A stretch of 42,481 nt of DNA, taken from assembly GCA_950059285.1 (NCBI GenBank), contig CATLTV010000022.1:1-42481 (forward strand). The letters run 5' to 3'. The translations under genes and the position numbers were made by a program. The notes beneath the pieces are model-generated. The model was not told where the DNA came from. It did not search any database and worked only from the letters and a program-made list of their open reading frames with translations. This stretch comes from an uncultured Pseudomonadota bacterium. Its GTDB lineage: Bacteria; Myxococcota_A; Bradymonadia; Bradymonadales; Bradymonadaceae. How positions within the stretch are numbered: the first letter of the stretch is position 1; every line of letters starts with the position of its first letter. Positions 1 to 6,427 of this stretch are shown here, in pieces.

Positions 1-1
1 A

Positions 2-1465
2 AACATTCATGACTGCAAAATCAATGATTATGCAGAATCTATTTTCAAAAAGGCCCTGACTATTTCCAGGGTCGAGCCCAGAGTTTATGCAGGACTTGGG
101 GATATTTATTTCGAGGACAAACGTTTCAATGATTCGCTGGCTCAGTTTCAGAGAGCCATTGATTTAAATCCTGCCAATGGGGAGTACTGGGTCAAGCAGG
201 CAAAATCCTATTCCTCAATAGGACAATGGGAAGAAGCGATAGCGTCCTACATGCAGGCGCTGGAAATTGCCCCCGAGAGGGGAACAACCTTCTATCATTT
301 AGGCCTTTTGTATCTGGAACGGAAGGAATTGCGCAAAGCCCGTGAAGCACTCAAAATGAGTGTGAGTCTGGACCTGGATTCTTTTAAGCCGCATGAAGCA
401 TTGAGCCTCCTGTATTCTCGTGAAAAAAAATCTAATAAAGCCATTGCAGAAATCAACGAAGCGATAAAGCTTGAGAATAAAGAACCCCGATTGCATTTAA
501 CTTTGGGAAAACTCCTTCTAGAAAGTGGCAAGGAGAAAGATGCGGAAAAGGCTTTCAAAAAAGCGACAAACTTGTTTCCAGAAAACTTCTCAGCTCAAAT
601 CCGTCTTGCCGACTGGTATTACGTCAAGGGAATGCTTGAGAAGTCTCTTGAAACTTACAAGGTTGCAGAAACCCTTGACTCCGATAATCCTGTGGTCCAA
701 GCACGGCTAGGAAAAATTTATGTAGGTAAAAACCAATATAATAAGGCTCAGGTAGCACTGGAAAAAGCTATCAGGTTAAACCCTAAAGACGCGGAAAGCC
801 ATTATCAATTAGGGAAACTGGTTTCCGGTGAAGGGAAGTTGGGGCGTGCCCAATCTTTATTATCCAATGCCATAGCCCTGGATGCCAAGCATGGGGATTC
901 CCATTATGAATTGGGTGTTGTGTTGTTGGGAAGGGGTAATGTGGACCTGGCCAAGGATAACTTCCAAAAAGCTTTAGATTTGGAGCCCAAAAACTCTGGT
1001 TACATTATGGGATTGGCGATGGCACTGGTTGAGAAAAAGGATCTAGATAGTGCATTGGAAATACTTCTTCCTGTTTCCAAAGAGGAGACGAATAATTCTA
1101 AAATTCATATTGCAATTTGCAAGGTTTATACGAAAAAAGGTTATTTTACAACCGCCACGGGATATTGTGAAAAAGCCTTGAGTTTGAACGCCGATAATTA
1201 TGAGACCATGAATCGACTGGCTTGGTTATACGCCAAGAAAAGCGCTAAGCTTCAGAAGGCATTCGAGCTTTCTAGCAAGACCCTTAAAGCTTTTCCAAAC
1301 CGGCCCGAATTCATTGATACACTTTCGGAAATTTTTTATGTCCAAGGGGAAACTGAAAAGGCGGTGGAAAAAATTCAAGAAGCCATTAAGCTGATGCCCG
1401 ATAACCCTTATTACAAACAACAATTGTGGAAATTTAAGAATATAAGGCCGAAATCACCTGCCTGA
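2..1465 (+). CDS. TPR-repeat protein, 5' end outside the window. The frame is open from base 2, so the ATG at 251 is internal.
   Basis: Continuous ORF from the window start. Repeated 34-aa TPR-like units with the A-x-x-Y-x-x-A-L-x-L-x-P signature throughout. About 38-40% GC, lower than the rest of the window. Confidence 0.8.
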   Translation, partial: NIHDCKINDYAESIFKKALTISRVEPRVYAGLGDIYFEDKRFNDSLAQFQRAIDLNPANGEYWVKQAKSYSSIGQWEEAIASYMQALEIAPERGTTFYHLGLLYLERKELRKAREALKMSVSLDLDSFKPHEALSLLYSREKKSNKAIAEINEAIKLENKEPRLHLTLGKLLLESGKEKDAEKAFKKATNLFPENFSAQIRLADWYYVKGMLEKSLETYKVAETLDSDNPVVQARLGKIYVGKNQYNKAQVALEKAIRLNPKDAESHYQLGKLVSGEGKLGRAQSLLSNAIALDAKHGDSHYELGVVLLGRGNVDLAKDNFQKALDLEPKNSGYIMGLAMALVEKKDLDSALEILLPVSKEETNNSKIHIAICKVYTKKGYFTTATGYCEKALSLNADNYETMNRLAWLYAKKSAKLQKAFELSSKTLKAFPNRPEFIDTLSEIFYVQGETEKAVEKIQEAIKLMPDNPYYKQQLWKFKNIRPKSPA

Positions 1466-1473
1466 AATTGGGT

Positions 1474-2085
1474 TTACAAGCTTCCCGTCCCTTTCAACCC
1501 TATATAAACACAATAAACCAAGATCAATATCGCCCCCGTCAGTTTTCCCAGAGAATGGTTCCCATATCTTATCATTCCCAGCAATAATCCGGTGATGGCG
1601 AAGGTAATGAGCAAGTCCGGTTGTATGGGCTCATTTATATGCAAAGGATGAATGGTTGTGGTTAGGCCCAGAACCATCAGGATATTAAAGATATTGCTTC
1701 CAAAAATATTCCCGATGGCCATTTCTCCATGCCCCCGTTTTGCGGCGATCATGGAGGAAACAATTTCCGGAAGGCTGGTTCCTATGGCAACGATGGTGAT
1801 ACCTATGAACCATTCGCTAATTCCCAGGTTGCGGGCGATTCCCACGCCTCCCGCAACTAGGAATTCAGCGCCTCCAACCAAAAGCCCAAGTCCCACAATG
1901 ATCAGCAATATTTGAAAGTAGAGATCTTTTCCTGCAAAAAGAGGGGCCTCATCTTCCATTTCTTCGACAATATCCTCTTTATGGCTGAATGACCGCCAAA
2001 TGTAGAGAATCAGGAGACAAACCATGAAAAATACGAAAGAAAACACATCCTGCTGCTCAAACTGCTCTTGCTCAAACTGCTGCAA
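1474..2085 (-). CDS. Na+/Ca2+ exchanger (CaCA/YrbG family) membrane protein. It is half-size with a single alpha-repeat unit. The start is uncertain: the ORF begins at a TTG inside a trinucleotide-periodic tract, and internal Met codons are alternatives.
   Basis: Contains GTSLPE followed by GNIFGSNIFNIL, the hallmark alpha-repeat of CaCA exchangers. Hydrophobic helices on both sides. Only about 200 aa, where full-length YrbG is about 320 aa. Confidence 0.6.
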   Translation of the reverse strand: MQQFEQEQFEQQDVFSFVFFMVCLLILYIWRSFSHKEDIVEEMEDEAPLFAGKDLYFQILLIIVGLGLLVGGAEFLVAGGVGIARNLGISEWFIGITIVAIGTSLPEIVSSMIAAKRGHGEMAIGNIFGSNIFNILMVLGLTTTIHPLHINEPIQPDLLITFAITGLLLGMIRYGNHSLGKLTGAILILVYCVYIGLKGTGSL

Positions 2086-2165
2086 GGAGTCTTGCGACTG
2101 CTCATGCGGTTGTCAATGCGACTGCTCCGATTGCAAGGGTGGGCAGTGTTGTTGCTGCCCCTGAA
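2040..2165. repeat. Degenerate trinucleotide-periodic tract, (CTG/TGC/GCT)n on the + strand
   Basis: All three + frames are low-complexity here (Leu-rich, Cys-rich, Ala-rich). The - frames are Gln/Ala/Ser-rich and encode MQQFEQEQFEQQ of the exchanger ORF. Internal direct repeat tgctcaaactgct occurs twice. Confidence 0.6.
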
Positions 2166-2270
2166 TCAGGCCTCAAAATTATCAGGACTTTGTAGGCGCT
2201 CTTTGTTATACTTCAAGTCACCGGGGAATATGCTATTTTATCCCATAACCAGGCCCCGGTGACTCTTCAC

Positions 2271-2867
2271 ATGCCACAGCAAAAAACCATGCTTGATCAA
2301 AACACACAACATCAACTGCTCGAAGATATCGGACGCAACAGAGACATCTTCCTTCGTTACCTGAGCAGGAAAGTATCCTCGCTTGAAGACCAGGAAGATA
2401 TTCTTCACCACGCCTACAACAAGGCGGTGCGATACATCCATACCCTCAAGAGTGAAGATCTCGCGCACGCCTGGTTCCGTGGTATTTTGCGCCACAGCAT
2501 CGCTGACTTTTACACCTCAAAACAAAAGGTCACCTCACGAAGGCAAGTCCTCACGGAAGACCCCACCTTCTGTGATGATGCTCCTGGCGATGATGCCTTT
2601 GTCGCCCCCATTAACCTCTGCCACTGTAGCGAAAAACTGATCCAGGAGTTCCCCAGCGAGACGATCGAACTCATTACGCGCGTGGATCTCAACGATGAGA
2701 AACCTTCCGAGGTTGCACCTTCTCTTGGGCTCACACCCAATGCAGCGCGTGTCAAACTGCATCGCGCCCACACCAAGATTCGTCAACGACTTCAAGAACA
2801 TTGCACCACACCAGGGGACGGTACGCGCTACCAGGATTACCTCGAATGCCAGTGCGTCGAATGCTAA
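2271..2867 (+). CDS. RNA polymerase ECF sigma factor with a Cys-rich C-terminal extension (CorE-like, ECF44-type). Start could also be GTG 2259 or ATG 2289.
   Basis: Sigma-70 region 2 (DIFLRYLSRK..HHAYNKAVRYI..AWFRGILRHSIADFY) and region 4 (IELITRVDLNDEKPSEVAPSLGLTPNAARVKLHRAHTKIRQRL). C-terminal tail HCTTPGDGTRYQDYLECQCVEC, plus CHC in the linker. No anti-sigma gene downstream. Confidence 0.8.
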   Translation: MPQQKTMLDQNTQHQLLEDIGRNRDIFLRYLSRKVSSLEDQEDILHHAYNKAVRYIHTLKSEDLAHAWFRGILRHSIADFYTSKQKVTSRRQVLTEDPTFCDDAPGDDAFVAPINLCHCSEKLIQEFPSETIELITRVDLNDEKPSEVAPSLGLTPNAARVKLHRAHTKIRQRLQEHCTTPGDGTRYQDYLECQCVEC

Positions 2868-2947
2868 CTCTGTTGCATCCTCGATCGATCCTGACTATGG
2901 TCTAACCTCAAACCTTCGCAAACCAGCAACATAGCGTGGAGTAAAGC

Positions 2948-3835
2948 ATGTTTGAGGCGATCAAGAGCCCCTACCTCGTCCCTTTCTATGATAAAAAACC
3001 GTGCGGCTTTCAGGTCGAAGAAGCTCACACCAAGCCACCCGAAGACTCGCCGGGAAGAAAGGCGTGCAAGCGCCTGCTTAAAGAAAAGATCAAGGAACTC
3101 AAGAAGCTACAGGATGTCCTTTACGCCAGTAGCACACACTCCGTATTGATGATCTTTCAGGCCATGGACGCCGCAGGTAAAGATGGCACCATTCGCGCAG
3201 TCATGAGTGGCATCAACCCCGCAGGTTGCCAGGTCTACTCCTTCAAACAACCAAGCAGCGAAGAACTTCAACATGACTTCCTCTGGCGCACCGCCAAACG
3301 TGTCCCGGAACAAGGTCGTATCGGTATTTTTAACCGCTCATACTACGAAGAAGTCCTCGTCGTACGCGTACACCCCGAGTACCTGAACAGCCAGAATATC
3401 CACGTCAAAACTGGCGACATCGATGACCTGTTCAAAAATCGCTACCAATCCATCCGCGATCATGAACTTCATCTGGCACGCAACAACACCACAATCCTCA
3501 AATTCTGGCTCAATGTCTCCAAGGAAGAACAGAAACAACGCTTCCTCTCTCGCATCGAAGACCCCTCCAAGAACTGGAAGTTCTCCATGGGTGATATCCG
3601 CGAACGCGGGCACTGGGACTCCTACATGGGAGCCTACGAAAAAGCCCTCTGTGAGACATCCACACCCTGGGCGCCCTGGTACGCTATCCCCGCAGATAAC
3701 AAACCATTTATGAGGCTCAAAGTTGCAGAAATCCTCGTCGACACACTCCGCTCGCTGCCTATTCAATACCCTGAACTCCCTGAGCACGAGATGAACCGCC
3801 TCCATGAGGCAAAAGAGCTCCTGCTCAGCGAATAA
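2948..3835 (+). CDS. ppk2: Polyphosphate kinase 2 (PPK2 family polyphosphate:nucleotide phosphotransferase)
   Basis: PPK2 motifs: Walker-A-like IFQAMDAAGKDGTIR, then FNRSYYEEVLVVRVH, then lid region. About 295 aa single-domain PPK2. GGAG SD 8 nt upstream of the ATG. Confidence 0.88.
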   Translation: MFEAIKSPYLVPFYDKKPCGFQVEEAHTKPPEDSPGRKACKRLLKEKIKELKKLQDVLYASSTHSVLMIFQAMDAAGKDGTIRAVMSGINPAGCQVYSFKQPSSEELQHDFLWRTAKRVPEQGRIGIFNRSYYEEVLVVRVHPEYLNSQNIHVKTGDIDDLFKNRYQSIRDHELHLARNNTTILKFWLNVSKEEQKQRFLSRIEDPSKNWKFSMGDIRERGHWDSYMGAYEKALCETSTPWAPWYAIPADNKPFMRLKVAEILVDTLRSLPIQYPELPEHEMNRLHEAKELLLSE

Positions 3836-3871
3836 AAAAAGCAGGCAAGAGACAACTCGTCTCTTGCCTGC
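3834..3871. terminator. Bidirectional Rho-independent terminator between ppk2 (+) and msrB (-)
   Basis: Perfect 13-bp stem gcaggcaagagac / gtctcttgcctgc with loop aactc. Run of 7 A on the + side gives a U-tract for the minus-strand msrB transcript. Confidence 0.8.
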
Positions 3872-3924
3872 TTACAGCAAATCAAGAAGAGGCAACCGCG
3901 AGGAAAAGCACACCCGTCAACCTC

Positions 3925-4365
3925 TTAATCAACCTTCTCCAGCGCTACTGCGTTCATACAGTAGCGCAATCCTGTGGGAGGGGGACCATCAGGAAAAACG
4001 TGGCCAAGGTGCGCATCGCACACGGCACATGTTGCCTCAATACGTTCCACAAACAGGGAGCGATCGCTGTGATATGCCACCACATTTTCCTCAATGGGAT
4101 CGGTGAACGAGGGCCAGCCTGAGCCCGAATCAAACTTCGTCTGCGCATCAAACAGGTGTGTCTTGCAGCACGCACACTGGTAAATACCAGGCTCAAACAA
4201 GGCGCATGAGTCCGAGCTAAACGGCCTCTCCGTGCCTGATTTTCGCGTCACATAAAAGACATCCTCATCAAGTTCGGACTTCCACTGCGCCTCGCTCTTT
4301 TCCACACGTCGTGGTGGCGCTGAATTTCCGTTCCTCGCTCGTGTCACAATCTCTTCCCAGTTCAT
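3925..4365 (-). CDS. msrB: Peptide-methionine (R)-S-oxide reductase MsrB
   Basis: SelR/MsrB domain. Two CxxC zinc motifs (CACC, CAVC), conserved GWPSF and HLGHVFPDGPPPTGLRYCMN including the catalytic Cys. Confidence 0.92.
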   Translation of the reverse strand: MNWEEIVTRARNGNSAPPRRVEKSEAQWKSELDEDVFYVTRKSGTERPFSSDSCALFEPGIYQCACCKTHLFDAQTKFDSGSGWPSFTDPIEENVVAYHSDRSLFVERIEATCAVCDAHLGHVFPDGPPPTGLRYCMNAVALEKVD

Positions 4366-4381
4366 CTTCTATCTCCTTGTC

Positions 4382-4975
4382 CTAGGTTTGTTTCATGCGT
4401 TGTTGACGTTGTTCATCAAGCTCCTGCTGGCGCTGACGCTCAAGTTCACGCGCATAGGCAAGCACGCGCGCCTTCTTGCGAGAGCGCCAGTGCGTCACAA
4501 GACTAAAGATGCCGATGCCATAAAACAGAAGCGCATAAATCGACTTCACCACCGAACGTCCCGTGGGCACATCTCGGGAAAGCGTCGCACGCGCTGGCTG
4601 TTGTGGGTCCACATACAGTGTCACCTTTTGATTGGCGCGGTAGCGATTCGCATCACGGCTGGCAAGTTTCGCGTCACGGTATGACATCGCCGTGGCGTGG
4701 TTGTTACCTTCATAATTCTTCTGGTCCACCACGTAACGAAACGCGATATCTGTCACAAAGTCTTTTCCTTCCTGATTTGTCCTGGCGTGCACAATCACAC
4801 CTGGATGTTCCTCAAAACGATCGATATCTCGCACAAGACTCCAGCCTTGCCACGCATCACGCGCAAACGCTGTCCCAAGCGTAAACATCAACGCCGCCAC
4901 CACAAAAATAAACAAATGCACCCAGATTGATGTCCTGTGCTTTGGCATCGCACCCTGTGTCGTCGAATTTTTCAT
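4382..4975 (-). CDS. Hypothetical membrane protein, 2 TM flanking a beta-rich domain, DUF3592-like. ATG at 4975; ORF extends to TTG 4987.
   Basis: N-terminal TM (IWVHLFIFVVAALMFTLG), C-terminal TM (IYALLFYGIGIFSLV), basic/Gln-rich tail. Starts 17 nt after the msrB stop, so likely an operon. Confidence 0.5.
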   Translation of the reverse strand: MKNSTTQGAMPKHRTSIWVHLFIFVVAALMFTLGTAFARDAWQGWSLVRDIDRFEEHPGVIVHARTNQEGKDFVTDIAFRYVVDQKNYEGNNHATAMSYRDAKLASRDANRYRANQKVTLYVDPQQPARATLSRDVPTGRSVVKSIYALLFYGIGIFSLVTHWRSRKKARVLAYARELERQRQQELDEQRQQRMKQT

Positions 4976-5257
4976 CAGAATTACCAAGACTTACATAAAT
5001 ATTTAACGAACTTGAACTACTGCTATTCTCTTCACCACAACGAAGAAAACAACCCACCACCCAAAATCCTTCACATTTGTGGCCTCCCTGTGTGCCACAC
5101 CACACACGTTACATCAATCATTTCAATGACTTTCCACCACCTCAAGTAGGCCTCGCTCGCACACAACACGACAAACCATTAGAATAAACCTAACTAAAAA
5201 TTGATAATTATATGATTTTAACAAAACAACTTTGTACATACATTGTCCTTATTGAGT

Positions 5258-5274
5258 TTGAAGACACAACGTCT
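5258..5274 (+). promoter_or_regulatory. Shared upstream motif copy 1 (TTGAAGACACAACGTCT), about 20 nt upstream of the leader ORF of the yqiJ-yqiK operon
   Basis: Exact 14-mer AAGACACAACGTCT also at 8955-8968 upstream of the giant ATPase gene. Core dyad AGAC-N5-GTCT. Confidence 0.5.
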
Positions 5275-5294
5275 ATCAAAAAAGGAGGACAATC

Positions 5295-5330
5295 ATGTAC
5301 ACTCTACATCCAACATTCAGGCCACCCTGA
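5295..5330 (+). CDS. Putative 11-codon leader ORF (MYTLHPTFRPP-stop) in the 5' UTR of the yqiJ-like operon
   Basis: Strong SD AGGAGG 6 nt upstream of the ATG. Ends Pro-Pro-TGA. About 220 nt of untranslated sequence with small hairpins follows before the yqiJ-like start. Confidence 0.3.
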   Translation: MYTLHPTFRPP

Positions 5331-5552
5331 AAAAGAAAATCAAACACCCTGACAACGCTCACCACACAATCCTTGTCAAGATCGATGCAGTATTGCAGTG
5401 CATCATGTCTATGGTGTAGGTTTGGCGCATAATTCAAAGCCTTAATCACAGGCTTGCCTGCCTACAGTATGTACCCATGAACTGCGCCCTGTATTTGATC
5501 TTCCAAAGATTGAAATCTTGGCGTCAAGTTGTGCCATGATCGGACGTGTACC

Positions 5553-6362
5553 ATGCAAGAGTTTCTACACATCATCCTCAACCTCCCGACAGCCGCATAC
5601 ACACTGCTTTTGGGAGTGGTCATCATCTACTGGATCACCGTGATCCTGGGCGTACTTGACGTCGATCTGTTTGATCTGGATGCCGACCTGGACGCAGACA
5701 TCGATCTCGACGTGGATGTCGATGTGGATGTTGATGTCGACGTCGACGCGGATGTCGACGCTGACGCAGATGTCGATGGAGCATCAGGCATTATCTCTGT
5801 CCTGGATGCGCTGGGACTTGTGGGTGTACCGCTGACGATCTCTCTGAGCCTGTTCACGTTCTACAACTGGTGCGCGACCTTCCTTGGAAGTTACATGCTT
5901 GGCGCAGGTCAAACACCGCTGTCTGGCCTCATGGCAGCAGGCGTCTTCACAGGGTCATTTATCTTGAGCCTGGTGATGACCTCCATGTCCGTCAAGGCAA
6001 TCCGACCCATGTTCCAGAGCAAGGCGGGCGCAAAGGCCGGGCGAGCATTTGTGGGACATACAGTGAAGATCATATCGGGCAGCGTGACGCGCTCGCATGG
6101 ACGTGCAGAGATGCCGATGGATGGAAGCACGGTGAACCTGTCTGTAAGGTGTGATAAGGATCAAAATGGCCTCAAAAAAGGCGATGAAGCCCTGATTATT
6201 GGCTACAACAAGGAGCAACACACCTACATGGTGGAACCTTTGAACACCATGCTCGGAAAATCACCCACACATGAAGACAAGGTCAGCCTTGAGGAGGCGT
6301 TCAAGGAACTTGAAGAAAGCACGCAAGAAGCCAAGGCACATCAAACAAAAAACTCAAACTAA
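5553..6362 (+). CDS. yqiJ: YqiJ-like inner-membrane protein (DUF1449, NfeD-like C-terminal OB fold) with an acidic (DxD)n repeat. ORF track starts at TTG 5529; the ATG at 5553 is preferred.
   Basis: Architecture matches E. coli YqiJ: TM, acidic D/H-rich loop (here DVDLFDLDADLDADIDLDVDVDVDVDVDVDADVDADADVD), TM helices, C-terminal soluble beta domain (GHTVKIISGSV..GDEALIIGYN). Directly upstream of a YqiK-like flotillin, as in E. coli yqiJK. Confidence 0.75.
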   Translation: MQEFLHIILNLPTAAYTLLLGVVIIYWITVILGVLDVDLFDLDADLDADIDLDVDVDVDVDVDVDADVDADADVDGASGIISVLDALGLVGVPLTISLSLFTFYNWCATFLGSYMLGAGQTPLSGLMAAGVFTGSFILSLVMTSMSVKAIRPMFQSKAGAKAGRAFVGHTVKIISGSVTRSHGRAEMPMDGSTVNLSVRCDKDQNGLKKGDEALIIGYNKEQHTYMVEPLNTMLGKSPTHEDKVSLEEAFKELEESTQEAKAHQTKNSN

Positions 6363-6427
6363 CCCTTTACTTTCACTTCTCTTTCTCACTTGAGACACAC
6401 ACCGGATTACTTATAAGGAGGTAACCC

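Noticed and set aside
2218-2261. 9-bp inverted repeat TCACCGGGG-N26-CCCCGGTGA immediately upstream of the ECF sigma start
   Set aside because: Could be an operator or hairpin. But the 26-nt spacer is long for a protein-binding dyad, it lacks a T-tract, and it partially overlaps alternative start codons. Insufficient support.
3954-4196. 80-aa ORF inside msrB on the same strand in a different frame, and 3804-4106 + antisense ORF
   Set aside because: Overlap a high-confidence msrB call and have no start or SD context.
4988-5257. C/A-rich 270-bp stretch of the 4988-5552 intergenic region, considered as a possible sRNA or tRNA locus
   Set aside because: No tRNA-like cloverleaf motifs (no GTTCRA T-loop or anticodon-stem pattern), no terminator and no conserved structure visible. 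Most likely promoter/UTR DNA for the divergent genes.
5640-5780. GAC/GTC-rich microsatellite-like stretch (gacgtcgat repeats)
   Set aside because: It encodes the in-frame acidic (DxD)n loop of the YqiJ-like protein. E. coli YqiJ has an analogous D/H-rich loop at the same position. It is a coding repeat, not a mobile or regulatory element.
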